A stretch of DNA of 64,000 bases. It comes from Eubacteriales bacterium (GTDB lineage Bacteria > Bacillota > Clostridia > Christensenellales > Aristaeellaceae). Shown piece by piece: positions 1 through 11,600 of this stretch; positions within the stretch are counted from its first letter, which is position 1; every line of letters begins with the position of its first letter. The position numbers and the translations under genes are program-made. A model generated the notes under the pieces. It was given only the letters and a program-made list of their open reading frames with translations, was not told the DNA's origin and ran no database searches. The stretch lies in assembly GCA_031549905.1 (NCBI GenBank), contig JAVBPC010000076.1, forward strand, positions 669-64,668, written 5' to 3'.

Positions 1-8
1 AAACGCTA

Positions 9-989
9 GTGGTGGTTTTGTGTAACGTTATTTTTCTAGCTGTTTTTCGGATGGGCATTTCGGGTTACTTGCTATCGTTTATCATCGGCATATCACTTGC
101 CGTAATGATTCGGTTTTACGCTCTGCGGGCGTGGCGATATGTCAGTTTCGTGAGAACGGATAAGGAATTGCTTCATTCTATGGTTTCATACAGTGCCCCC
201 CTTGCTCCAAACGAGGTGAGTTGGTGGCTTAACAACTCTGCCAACAAGTATATCATCACATATTTTTGCAATGTGGGCATGCTGGGAATATACGCTGCGT
301 CCGCTAGGTTTCCGGCTATTTTGGCGGCGGTGCAAGGCATACTCTCGCAGGCGCTAACACTCTTTATCCTTGATGAGTACAAGGAAAGCAGCAAAAAAAG
401 TAATCAGTACGATGAAATCTATAAATACTATAATATCACAATGGTGTTTGCCTGCTCCCTGCTGATTTTCTTTACGCGCCCCATGACAAGGGTTATGCTT
501 AGTGCTGAGTTTCACGAAGCGTGGAAGTATGTTCCTTTTCTATTGATAAGCAGCCTCTTTGGTGCGATTTCGGGTTATTTGGGAACCTTTTATGTTGCCA
601 CAAAAAAGACAAAAGGTATGTTTTTAACGACATTGTATGGAGGAATTCTATCGATACTGTTAAACGTGCTGCTTATTCCCTTATGGGGAATTATGGGTGC
701 GGCTGTCAGTGCTATGCTTTCATATTTTCTGGTTTGGATAATCAGGCTGTATGACATTCAAAAGTATGTTGTGCTGCAAGTTGACTTGTGGCGAGATTTC
801 CGGGCCTATACCCTATTGCTGATTCAGGCGATTGTGTACCTGCTTACGGAAAACCTGTGGCAGTATGCCGTCTGCGCGGGATGCTTATGCGGCCTTCTAG
901 CCGTTTACCATAACGAGGTGCGCACAATCTGGGGGGCCGTTATGCGCGTTGCGCGAAGTTTCATTCGCGGGCGATCTAGAAGACAATAG
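9..989 (+). CDS. Polysaccharide biosynthesis/export membrane protein (MOP/Wzx-type flippase), C-terminal part; gene begins upstream of window
   Basis: Continuous ORF from the window edge. It is hydrophobic throughout with multiple predicted TM helices, typical of the C-terminal half of a Wzx/MurJ-family flippase. It sits directly upstream of sugar-nucleotide and TagF/TagD genes. Confidence 0.5.
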   Translation: MVVLCNVIFLAVFRMGISGYLLSFIIGISLAVMIRFYALRAWRYVSFVRTDKELLHSMVSYSAPLAPNEVSWWLNNSANKYIITYFCNVGMLGIYAASARFPAILAAVQGILSQALTLFILDEYKESSKKSNQYDEIYKYYNITMVFACSLLIFFTRPMTRVMLSAEFHEAWKYVPFLLISSLFGAISGYLGTFYVATKKTKGMFLTTLYGGILSILLNVLLIPLWGIMGAAVSAMLSYFLVWIIRLYDIQKYVVLQVDLWRDFRAYTLLLIQAIVYLLTENLWQYAVCAGCLCGLLAVYHNEVRTIWGAVMRVARSFIRGRSRRQ

Positions 990-1032
990 GGGTGGGTCTG
1001 GCATCAATAATTTTGTGCACGGGAGAAGTACA

Positions 1033-1298
1033 ATGCTTAGCGGAAAGTCTACTCTTATTACCGATGGAACTGGTTCCTTTGGCAACTGCCTTGTTGATTA
1101 TGTTTTTTCATTACGATCCAAAGAAGATCACCATTTATTGCGGAGCGAATACGAGCAGCTTCAAATGGAGAAGGGTCAAAAACAACAAGGACAAGCTGCG
1201 CTTTTTTTGGAGATGTGCAGGATGAAATGCGTTTGCGGTGAGTATCAAAGGATGTTGACTATATCGTGCCGCGGCGGCACCAAGGCATAAAGGAGAAA
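1033..1298 (+). pseudogene. CapD/FlaA1-like UDP-sugar 4,6-dehydratase N-terminal remnant, frameshifted and truncated
   Basis: RBS GGGAGAAG precedes ATG 1033. The N-terminus LITDGTGSFGNCLVDYV matches the Rossmann GxxGxxG start of CapD-like dehydratases. Homology continues in another frame (KLRFF / GDVQDEMRLR) across a T7 homopolymer at about 1204-1210. Only about 90 codons remain before tagF starts at 1304. Confidence 0.5.
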
Positions 1299-1303
1299 AG
1301 GCG

Positions 1304-2548
1304 ATGAACGTGCCAGAAACCGTCCATATTCTTGCAGAAATATTTTTTTCCTGCATTGCACCGATTAAGCGGAACCGTATTGTTATCACAAGCTTCAATG
1401 GGCACTATTCGGATAGCCCGAGGTATATTTCGCAGCGCCTGCATGAGCTGGATAATTCACTGGAATTGGTCTGGCTTGTTCAGCCAAAATATCGCGCTTC
1501 AGTACCTGACTATGTGACCGCAGAACCCTATGGCACTATCCGATGTGCATGGTACAGGGCCACCGCCAAAGCATCCATTGATAATGTTTATGGTTCGAGA
1601 TGTGGGTTTTTATTCGAAAGCGGGCCGGTAAGCAAATGCAGATATTACCTCTTTCGGTTGTTCAAAAGGAAAAACGGGCAGTTGCTCTTTTCAACATGGC
1701 ATGGAACGCCGCTAAAAAGAATTGGAAGAGATCAGATTGGACAGAAGATATCGGATTTTTACTGTTCGAATGGAACGATGATTTTGAACAATCAATATGC
1801 CGCGAATATTTTGCGTCATGTGACGTTTGGAAAGATGGAAATTACCCTTCTAGGTGCGCCGAGGAACGATGTGCTGTTTGCGGATGTGATGCATCGAAGC
1901 GAAATAAAACGGAAACTAGGGCTGCCGGTAGATAAAAGAATTGTGCTGTTTGCCCCAACTTTTCGAAATGACGGAAACAACATCGAAAATAAGAATGTTC
2001 TCAGGAGTGGTGTGGAACAGATGGAAGCAATGGATATTTCATTGCTGTTTCGCGCATTATCGGAAAAGTTTGGCGGCGAATGGGCTATTGTATGCAGATT
2101 CCACTATCATGTTGAAGCGCTTGTTGATTGGAAGAGGCTCCGGGAACGTTTTCCAAACCAAGTCATCAACGGAAATGAACACGATGAAATGGCTGAGTAT
2201 CTGGCAGGTGCGGATGTCCTGATAACGGATGCGAGTTCATGTATGTTTGACTACGCGATCACAAAAAAGCCCTGCTTTCTTTTCTTTCCGGATGTCGAAA
2301 ACTATCAGTCAACGGAGCGGGGATTCTATGTTGATTTAAATAGTTTGCCCTTTCCGCTGGCAAAACAGTTTCCGGATCTATTAGAAAACATTGCCCGATA
2401 TGATGAAACGGTCTACAAAAAAGGTGTTCAGTGCCTGATTGAGGAATTTGGTTTTGTTGATGATGCGGATTCATCTTCAACAATTGCTCAATACATTATT
2501 GAGCGAATGAAAAATACGCGTGATCAACCAATTGAAAAGGTGAATTGA
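1304..2548 (+). CDS. CDP-glycerol glycerophosphotransferase (TagB/TagF family)
   Basis: 414 aa. It carries the conserved TagF-family motif STWHGTPLKRIG and overall TagB/F-like layout. It is immediately followed by tagD with a 4-nt overlap. Confidence 0.8.
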   Translation: MNVPETVHILAEIFFSCIAPIKRNRIVITSFNGHYSDSPRYISQRLHELDNSLELVWLVQPKYRASVPDYVTAEPYGTIRCAWYRATAKASIDNVYGSRCGFLFESGPVSKCRYYLFRLFKRKNGQLLFSTWHGTPLKRIGRDQIGQKISDFYCSNGTMILNNQYAANILRHVTFGKMEITLLGAPRNDVLFADVMHRSEIKRKLGLPVDKRIVLFAPTFRNDGNNIENKNVLRSGVEQMEAMDISLLFRALSEKFGGEWAIVCRFHYHVEALVDWKRLRERFPNQVINGNEHDEMAEYLAGADVLITDASSCMFDYAITKKPCFLFFPDVENYQSTERGFYVDLNSLPFPLAKQFPDLLENIARYDETVYKKGVQCLIEEFGFVDDADSSSTIAQYIIERMKNTRDQPIEKVN

Positions 2549-2976
2549 TGATGACAGTCGGTTATACTGCGGGGGTGTTTGACTTGTTTCATATCGGCCA
2601 TCTGAACTTGCTGAAAAATGCAAAGGGCATGTGCGATAAGCTGGTGGTGGGCGTATCTACGGATGAGCTTGTTCAATACAAACACAAAGCACCCATTATA
2701 CCGTTTGCGGAGCGCGTGGAAATCATCCGCAGTATCAGGTATGTGGATGCCGTTGTTCCACAACGGGATATGGATAAAGTGGCCATGTGCAAAAAACTGC
2801 GCGCGAAGATTTTGTTTGTCGGCGATGACTGGTACGATAGCGAAAAATGGAAAGAATACGAAAAGGATTTAGGCGAGCACGAGATAAGTGTTGTGTATTT
2901 TCCGTACACGCAAGGAACGTCATCCACGCTTATAAATGATACCCTGATAAAAATGAGGAATTTTGAAAATGCATGA
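2545..2976 (+). CDS. tagD: Glycerol-3-phosphate cytidylyltransferase
   Basis: 143 aa. It has the N-terminal GxFDLFHxGH nucleotidyltransferase motif (YTAGVFDLFHIGHLNLL) and a TagD-like C-terminus (RYVDAVVPQ..., GDDW). Confidence 0.85.
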   Translation: MMMTVGYTAGVFDLFHIGHLNLLKNAKGMCDKLVVGVSTDELVQYKHKAPIIPFAERVEIIRSIRYVDAVVPQRDMDKVAMCKKLRAKILFVGDDWYDSEKWKEYEKDLGEHEISVVYFPYTQGTSSTLINDTLIKMRNFENA

Positions 2977-4318
2977 AATAGACTGTTTTGGTTTGCATTG
3001 CGCATACAAAGAGGAAAGTTCGGGCCTAAGGGCAAAAAACCTGTTTTCATTGGTTGCCGAAAATGGATTTGACGATTTTTCTGCGCATGGCATAGCGTCA
3101 TATTTTAGTTTCCGCCACCCCATTTTACAATATACAATGTTCAATGGAATCAGCAAATATGATGCGCAACCGGGCAGTCTGATTCCTTCGGAAGTTTGGA
3201 AACCCATTTTCAGCGATCATACCTTGGGAGAAAACCTATTTGAAAAAGCAATCATCGCCAAGGTAGAAGAGAAATTGTTGCGTGCAATTGAAAAGCTTGC
3301 CGGCAGCAAAAAACGCATAGGCGTTACGCTTAGCGGAGGCCTGGACAGTTCCCTCATTTTGAGCATGTTACGCTCTATGTATCCGGATGCGGAGATACTT
3401 ACATACAGCATCGGATTTTACGGTGATGATGAGTTTGAATATTCGAGAGACGCGGCAGCCCGATTTTCTACCCGGCACTGGGAAAAAGTGCTTACCGCGG
3501 AGGATTTCATTGGGAAAGATTCTATTATGAAGCCCCTGATCATGCGCAAGTGCGCACCCCTGCATCCAAATGAGATAGCGCTTGCGCTGGCCGAGCGGCA
3601 GGCCAAGAGAGACGCGTGTGATGTTGTTTTCTGCGGCGAAGGGGCAGATGACATATTCGGGGGGTATGGAAGAAACCTACGAATGTATTTACGATATCTT
3701 CCATCGCAAGATTACTGTGAATTTTTGCTTAGTCGCTACAGATATTTCAAACGAGATGATGTGGCCGGACTAATTCGGGATGAATATCTCCTTGATGATG
3801 CGCAACTTTTAAAAGGCATTTTTGAGGAGGCGGAATGCCCAGCTGACGCCCGAAATAGAATGCTCTATTTTATACAGAGAATCCATACGCGAGGCCTAAT
3901 CGAGAGAGGCATGAATGCACTAGGTTTTGCCGGCTGCGCGCCTGCTATCCCGTTTATCGAACCGGAAATGGTTGAATATGCGAACTCTTTGCCTTTTGAT
4001 TTGCATGTGAAATGGAAAGATGGCTTTAGTGATGCCCATTTCATGGGAATGGATCCCACAATTATCAGTGAAAAATACGACACGCCAAAGTATTTGCTGA
4101 AAAAAGTGGCGGAAGCATATTTGCCGCATCACATCATATATAGGCCCAAGCATGGCTTTCCCGTACCTTTTGAGCTTTGGATGCGTGACCTAAAGACGTT
4201 TGAGCTCAGCAATGCAATTTTTAAAACATCAGATATAAGCAGAATGACCGGATGGCAAAAATTTATGATAATAAACTTGGACTGCTTTATTAAGAGTTTT
4301 ATGCCATACCGGAAGTAG
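2963..4318 (+). CDS. Asparagine-synthetase-like (AsnB C-terminal synthetase domain, PP-loop ATP pyrophosphatase) amidotransferase; no N-terminal glutaminase domain
   Basis: PP-loop motif SGGLDSS (GVTLSGGLDSSLIL) with AsnB-like downstream blocks. It has no Cys2 Ntn glutaminase domain. The likely start is ATG 2969 (RBS TGAGGA); TTG 2963 is the ORF-track start. Confidence 0.65.
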   Translation: MKMHEIDCFGLHCAYKEESSGLRAKNLFSLVAENGFDDFSAHGIASYFSFRHPILQYTMFNGISKYDAQPGSLIPSEVWKPIFSDHTLGENLFEKAIIAKVEEKLLRAIEKLAGSKKRIGVTLSGGLDSSLILSMLRSMYPDAEILTYSIGFYGDDEFEYSRDAAARFSTRHWEKVLTAEDFIGKDSIMKPLIMRKCAPLHPNEIALALAERQAKRDACDVVFCGEGADDIFGGYGRNLRMYLRYLPSQDYCEFLLSRYRYFKRDDVAGLIRDEYLLDDAQLLKGIFEEAECPADARNRMLYFIQRIHTRGLIERGMNALGFAGCAPAIPFIEPEMVEYANSLPFDLHVKWKDGFSDAHFMGMDPTIISEKYDTPKYLLKKVAEAYLPHHIIYRPKHGFPVPFELWMRDLKTFELSNAIFKTSDISRMTGWQKFMIINLDCFIKSFMPYRK

Positions 4319-4355
4319 TCGCATGGTCAATCAGCGCTGAGAGGATGGATGAAAA

Positions 4356-5366
4356 ATGGGATACGCTGCCGTGGAAGACAGATACAGCAAGTTGCCGTAC
4401 AGACGCTGCGGAAAAAGCGGGCTGATGCTGCCGGCGATATCACTGGGGCTATGGCATAACTTTGGGGATATCACGCCCTTTGGCGTGCAGCAATCGCTGC
4501 TGCGCACGGCTTTTGATAACGGCATCACGCATTTTGATCTGGCAAACAACTATGGCCCGCCTTACGGCGAGGCGGAGCGCAACTTTGGCGTGCACATGCT
4601 GCGCGATTGGAAGCCCTACCGCGATGAGATGGTGATATCCACCAAAGCAGGTTACGACATGTGGAAGGGCCCCTACGGCGACCATGGCAGCCGGAAATAC
4701 CTAATCGCCAGCCTGAATCAGAGCCTCAAGCGCATGAACCTGGACTATGTGGATATCTTCTACCATCACCGGCCCGATCCTGAAACGCCAATCGAGGAAA
4801 CCATGGGCGCGCTTGCGCAGATACTCAGAAGTGGCAAGGCGCTGTATGTGGGCATCTCAAATTATCGCGCGGGGCAGGCCGAGCAGGCGATTCAGGCGCT
4901 GGGTGTTCTTGGAAGTCATTTGCTAATCCATCAGCCCAGCTATTCTCTGCTTAATCGCTGGATTGAGGAGCCGGCCGGGGATGCGGGCAGTCTGACGGAT
5001 GTGCTGCGCCGTGAGGGCGTGGGTTGCATTGCCTTTGCGCCACTGCAAAACGGGCTTTTGACTGGGCGCTATTTGGATGGTATCCCGGCCGATTCGCGCG
5101 CCGCGCATGATCCGCGCTACCTAAAGCCTGCATTGATCACCGAGGAGAAGCTCGGCATGGTGCGCAAGCTGAATGTGCTTGCCGGGCAACGTGGCCAAAA
5201 GCTTGCGCAAATGGCGCTGCAATGGGTGCTGCGCGATGAAGTGGTAACCTCGGCCTTGATCGGCGCAAGCAGGCCCGAGCAGATCATTGAGAATGTGGCG
5301 GCGCTCTCCGGTGCACCGTTTACCGCGGAAGAACTGGCGCGCATAGAGGAAGCGCTGCGGGGGTAG
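4356..5366 (+). CDS. gpr: Aldo-keto reductase, L-glyceraldehyde-3-phosphate reductase (YghZ/Gpr)-like
   Basis: 336 aa. There is strong block similarity to E. coli YghZ/Gpr (YRRCGKSGLMLPAISLGLWHNFG..., ITHFDLANNYGPP..., ISTKAGYDMW, GKALYVGISNY, LLIHQPSYSLLNRW, ALIGASRPEQ). RBS GAGAGGA. Confidence 0.75.
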   Translation: MGYAAVEDRYSKLPYRRCGKSGLMLPAISLGLWHNFGDITPFGVQQSLLRTAFDNGITHFDLANNYGPPYGEAERNFGVHMLRDWKPYRDEMVISTKAGYDMWKGPYGDHGSRKYLIASLNQSLKRMNLDYVDIFYHHRPDPETPIEETMGALAQILRSGKALYVGISNYRAGQAEQAIQALGVLGSHLLIHQPSYSLLNRWIEEPAGDAGSLTDVLRREGVGCIAFAPLQNGLLTGRYLDGIPADSRAAHDPRYLKPALITEEKLGMVRKLNVLAGQRGQKLAQMALQWVLRDEVVTSALIGASRPEQIIENVAALSGAPFTAEELARIEEALRG

Positions 5367-5682
5367 GGCGTCTGCTGAAAGCATAATACATGCCTTTGCG
5401 GATCTTTTGCGACATCCGCCCATACCAGAGACCCTGCAGTAAGGTGTGTTTTTCGCCGGGGTTTTGTCTGGAATGTTTGCAAGCCCAGGTGCTCAGCATA
5501 ATTTGGAAAAAATAAATGGCACCGTGCCTTTATCCCGTATTTTAAAGCCATGAATGCTTTGATATAATAACAATATATCGTACAAATCCCCACACCGGTC
5601 AGGCATCTCAAAAATGAACCGTTGACTTGTTACCCTCATTGAACACACAAACCACGGCAACACACGGAAGGAAAATCTTCAT

Positions 5683-8600
5683 ATGAAGCAGACGGTCATA
5701 GCAAGCATCCTTGCGGCGGCGCGGCAAACCCCCGGCAAAGCCGCTGTTGTGGCAGACGACCGCACCGTAACATACGCGGAGCTGTCAACGCAAACGCGCC
5801 GCGTGGCCTTCCAGCTGCAGGCGCAAGGCATTGGGCGGGGCGATATCGTCCCCATCTTTTTGGAAAGAGGCGTTGACGCCGTCGCCGCGATGCTGGGCGT
5901 TCTGTACGCCGGGGCGGCGTTTTGCAATGTGAGCACGGAATACCCGCCGGACCGTGTGGCGTTCATCTATCGGGATACGAATGCCAAGCTGCACATAGAC
6001 GCGGCATGGATGGCCGCGCTGGGCGAGCAGATGGCAGGCCAAGCGACCGCATCCGAAGCGGATGACACGGCGCTGGTCGTGTACACATCCGGCTCCACCG
6101 GCAACCCGAAGGGCGTGGCGTTATCGCACGCAACCATCTGCCAATCGGCACACAACATGATACTGGGGCGCACGGCGGAAGATATCTTCATGTCCATGGC
6201 GTCCTTTTCGTTTATTGCCGTGCTTGTGGATATCTTTTCGCCGCTGATGCTGGGCGCGACGGTGCATGTATTGAACGCGCAGCTGCGCACCGATGCGCGG
6301 CTGCTTGCCGATTATGTGAAGGAAAAGGGCATCACAACCGGGTTTGAGCCGCCGCAGTTTGCCGCCCGTTTTCTGGAGATTGCCGACGGCGCGCTGCGCG
6401 TGCTATTGGTCGGCAGCGAGCGCGTGCGCAACCTGTACAGCACCAGAACGCAGATCATCAATGTATACGGGGCCAGCGAAACCGCCGCCCTCGTGGCGTT
6501 TTTTTCGGTGGATAGGCCGTATGCCGATTCCACGCCCATCGGCTTTGCGCCCCCCGGCGTCACGCTGTACCTGCTGGATGATGACGGCAACAAGGTGCCG
6601 GCGGGGGAGACAGGCGAGATCTGCGTCGCGGGCCAGATTGCCTCCGGCTACCTGAACCTGCCGGAGCAGACTGCCGAGAAATTCATCCGGAACCCATACG
6701 CCACCAGCGAGCACGACGCCGTGCTGTACCGCACCGGCGACCTGGGGCGCTTTGGCGGGGACGGGGCGCTGATTTATGTTCAGCGCAAGGATTGGATGCT
6801 GAAAGTGAGCGGCTACCGCGTGGAGCCGGGCGAGATTGAGGCCGCTATCGTCAGCAGGTCAGACGTGAAACAGGCGGTTGTCAAGGGCTTTCAGAACGCA
6901 TCCGGCGAAACATCGCTGTACGCCGTATACACCGCCGATACCGCCATACCGCCGGATGCCGTGCTGGAGGCGATCCGCGGCTTCCTGCCGGACTACATGC
7001 TGCCATCCTACCTGGAGCAGATCCCCGCGATGCCGCTGAACATCAACGGCAAAATCGACCGCAAGAACATACTGCCCCCCGATTTCACGAAGCTGCAGCA
7101 GGCGTACGAGCCCCCGCAGGGCGACGCCGAAACCGCGCTGTGCGAAGCGTTTGCCAAGGTGCTGAAACTGCCGAAGATCGGCGCGATGGATGATTTCACC
7201 GCGCTTGGCGGGGACTCCATGGCGGCCGTCCGCCTGCAGGCTGCGCTGCCGCAGTACGCATTGGCGGCGGCGGATATCCTGTCGCTGCGCACCCCCCGAA
7301 AGCTTGCGGAGGTGCTGACGGCCCGCCGCCCGCTGACCAAAGCCGCGCCCATGGAAACCTATCCGCTGACGCATGCCGAAAAGCAGATGGCGGCGGAACA
7401 GAGCATGGACCCCGGATCGGTCCAGTACAACATCAACCTTGCGCAGACTCTGTCCGGGCAGCTTGATGTGGACCGCCTGACCGCTGCGATACAGGCGCTA
7501 ATCAACCGCCACGCCATCCTGCGGTCAGGCTATCGCATGGTGGGCGGCGAATACCGCCGGTTTGTGCGCGGGGACGCAAAAGTCATTCTGCCGCTTGAAA
7601 GCTGTGACGCCGAAAGCCTGCAAACCCGCATTGACGCGGCCAACAAGCCCTACGATCTGGAAAACGATCCGCTGTACCGCTTCACGCTGTACCGGCTTGC
7701 GCCTGACTTGCATGTGCTGCACATGGCGTTCCACCATATCATCATGGACGGGACCGCCGCGCCCGCGCTGCTTGCCGACCTGTGGGCGCTGTACGAAGGG
7801 AAAACGCCACCCGCGCCAGCCTTCGACTTTGCTGATTTTGCCGTGTGGCAGCAGGAAAACGGCGATGATGCGGCAGCGGAGGCATATTACGCTTCCCTCT
7901 TTGCGGGCGGGCTGCCGGAAAATGAGATGCCCACGCACCCGCTTCGCCCCGAAACGCTGCCCGTGGCCGATACGGACCTGTTTGCCGCGCTGCCTGCGCA
8001 CAGCCTGCAAAAGGCCGCCCGCAGGCTTGGCGTGACGGAATACGTGCTGATCACGGCGGCGCTGGGGCTGACGGTTGCCAAGTACTGCGGCAGCGAAGAT
8101 ATCATGCTGGGCACCGCGATGAACGGCCGCACGCAGCCTGAAACCGCCGACATGGTGGGCATGTTTGTCAGCACCGTGCCGCTCCGCTTCCGTTTTTCAG
8201 CGGAAAGCAGCGCGGCGGATGTGATCCGCGAAACCGCTGCCATGATCGCCCGCGCGCAGGCGCACCAGGGATACCCCTTCCCGCGCCTGGTGACGGAGTA
8301 TGCCCCAGACCGCAACCCCTCGCGCGGGCCACTGTTTGATGTGCTGCTCAACCATCTTAACAGTCTGCCGCGCTTTGAGCTGCCCGGGCTGAGCGTCTGC
8401 GACCGCCCCATCAAAAGGCAGGCGCTGGCGAATGATCTGGTCATGGAAACCACGCTGAACGGGGACGCGCTGGACATCAAGCTGAGCTATTCGCAAAGGC
8501 TGTACGATGACGGTATCGCGGCGGGCATCCTGGAGCAGTTCACCGCTATTTTACAAAGATTCGTGAAAGACGCAGAAATGCCGGTGCTGGATGCCGCCGA

Positions 8601-11600
8601 ACTGCCCGATGCCATGCGCAGGCGGATCATCGAAGACTTCCACGGCGAGCGCACCGATGAAAACCTGGGAAAAACGGTGGTTGACCTGTTCCGCGCCCAG
8701 GCGGAGCGCACGCCGGAAAATACCGCTGTGGTATCCGGCGAGGCAAGAATCACATACGCAAAACTTGATCGCATTACCGACAACATTGCCGCGCACCTTG
8801 CGCAGCAAGGCGTCTCGGCGGGGGAGTTTGTCGGGATTCTGGTGAACCGCTCCGAAAGGATGCCCATCTGTGCGCTCGGCGTGCTGAAAGCCCGCGCGGC
8901 GTATGTGCCGCTGGACCCCAGCTACCCGCCGGAGCGCCTGGAGTTCATGCTTGCCGATGCCGGCGTCTCCATTGTGCTGGTGGATGAAGGGCTGGAAAGC
9001 CTGATTCCCGGTTTCAATGGAAAATTACTTCTAACATCATCCATATCTACGCTCCCCGACGCCGTGCCCCCCGAAGCGCCGGGGCCGGATGGCACGTTCG
9101 TGCTGCTGTACACATCCGGCACCACGGGCCTGCCCAAGGGCGTGCGGCTGACGCACGCGAACCTGACGAATTTCTGCACCTGGTATCGGAACAAGCACGA
9201 AATCACAGAGCGGGACGGCTCCCTGGCGTACGCCAGCTTCGGCTTTGACGCCAACACGATGGATACCTACCCCGCGCTGATTTCGGGCGCAAGCGTGCAC
9301 ATCATTCCGGAAGAGATGCGCCTGGACCTGCCCGCGCTGGATGCCTACTGCGCCGCGAACCGCGTCACGGTCCTGTTCATGACAACACAGCTGGGCCGCC
9401 AGTTTGCGCAGATGAAGCGCAAAAGCCGCCCGCGCGCGCTAAGCATCGGCGGCGAGTCTCTTACCCCGCTATCTCCGCCGGATGACATCACATTCTACAA
9501 CGTGTACGGCCCCACGGAGTGCACGGTGCTGAGCACCTGGTACCGGATCGACAGGCTGTACGACCGCGTGCCGATTGGCTACCCGCTTTCCAACATGGCG
9601 ATCTATGTGCTGGATAAGCACGGCCGCCTCGCGCCCATCGGCGCGGCGGGCGAGCTTTGCATTGCCGGCCGCCAGGTCGCCGCCGGGTACCTGAACCGCC
9701 CGGAACTGACCGCCGAGAAGTTCACGAAGAACCCGTTTACCGATGAGGCGGACTACGCCCGCATCTACCACACAGGAGACGTGGTGCGCTACCTGCCCAG
9801 CGGTGCGATCGATTTTGTGGGCCGCCGCGATTTCCAGGTGAAGATCCGCGGTTTCCGTGTGGAGCTGACGGAAATAGAAGGCCGCATCCGAGAATATGCG
9901 GGCATCACGGACGCCGCCGTGGTCGCATTGGATGCGCCGGGCGGCGGCAAGTGCGCGGCCGCGTACATCGTTTCCGCCGCGCCCGTGGATGTTGCCGCGC
10001 TGCATGACTTCATCGAGGAAAAGCTGCCGCCGTACATGGTGCCTGCCGCCACGATGCAGATCGACCGGATTCCGCTGAACCCCAACGGCAAGATAGACAG
10101 GCGCAAGCTGCCCGCGCCGGTGTTCGGCGGCGGCGAGGCATCCGGCGCGGATATCAAGGCGCGCCCGCTCAACATCCTGGAAGAGAAGATCATGGCCGCC
10201 GTGCGCGATGTGCTGGGGCATGACCAGTTTGGCCCGGACAGCAACCTGCTCAGGGCTGGGCTTGCGTCGCTGTCGGCGATCAAGCTGATGGCGATGCTGG
10301 ATGAGGCGCTGGGCTGCGCGCCGTCTGTGCGCGATTTCATGCGCGAGCCCACGGTACTGGGCATCGAGAACCTGCTGCTGGAGCGCCTGCTGGCCGGAAA
10401 AGTGCCGGAGCAGACCGCGCCCGCTGTGCCCGCAACGCGCGAAAACTACCCGCTGTCGCACAACCAGATGGGCGTGTACCTGGACTGCATGAAAGCGCCC
10501 GATGCCATGAACTACAACATTCCGATATTCCTGGCGCTGCCCGGCGGCGTTGACGCGCGCCGCCTGCAAAGCGCGGTGCAGGCTGTGATTGACGTGCACC
10601 CCGCCCTTCGCGCGCGCCTTGTCAGGCACGGGGAAACCGCCCAGCAAACGCAGGGGAATGCCATAACGGTTATATTTGAGCAGATGACGGTGACGGAGTT
10701 TGCGGCGTACAAATCGGCCTTCATGCGCCCGTTCGATCTGTTCAAAGATTCGCTGTGCCGCGCGGCGGTGGTCGCTGCGCCGGATCAGGTGCACCTGCTG
10801 CTGGATTTCCATCACATCGTGTTTGACGGCGCGTCCGCCGACCTGTTCCTGCGCGCGGTCGGTGAAGCCTATGACGGAACCGCGCCGCAGGCCGAGCGCC
10901 TGAGCGCGTTCGACTGGGCGGCAGCGGACATTGAACAGGAAGGCACGCAGGCGTGGCAGGACGCGAAAGCGTACTTCGACGGCAAGCTGACCGACTTCGA
11001 ATCGGCATCGCAGCTGTCGCCGGATATGGGCTCGCAAAACAAAGAAGGGCTGCTGCAGGAGGCCGTGCGGACAGTGGACCGCGCCCAGGTGGAGGCGTTC
11101 TGCGCGAAGCACGGCGTCACCCCGGCGGGGCTGTTCGCGGCGGCGTCCGCGTATGCCGTCAGTCGCTGGGTAAACAGCCCCAAGGTGTATCTGGCCATGA
11201 TCAGCAGCGGCCGAGACGACCCGAGGCTGCGGAACACTGCGGGCATGTTCGTGCGCACGCTGCCGCTTGTCATCGGCAGGCAATCCGATCAGACGGTGCT
11301 GGAATACATTGAGTCCGCGCAGCGGGAGCTGACCGGCGCTATCGCCCACGAAAACTACCCGTTCACCCGCGTTGCCGCAGACTACGGCTATACGCCGCAC
11401 ATCATGTACGCCTGTGAGCTGGGCGTGCTGGAAGCATACCGCATCGGCGGCGAAACCGCCGTGATGTCGCCCCCCGGGCTGCAGAAGCCGAAATTCCCGC
11501 TGTCCATCCACATCGAAAACAGGGACGGCGGCATGGTGTTCGCCGTGCAGTATGACGACGGCAAGTACTCCGGGCAGATGATGGCGGCGTTTGCGGAAAC

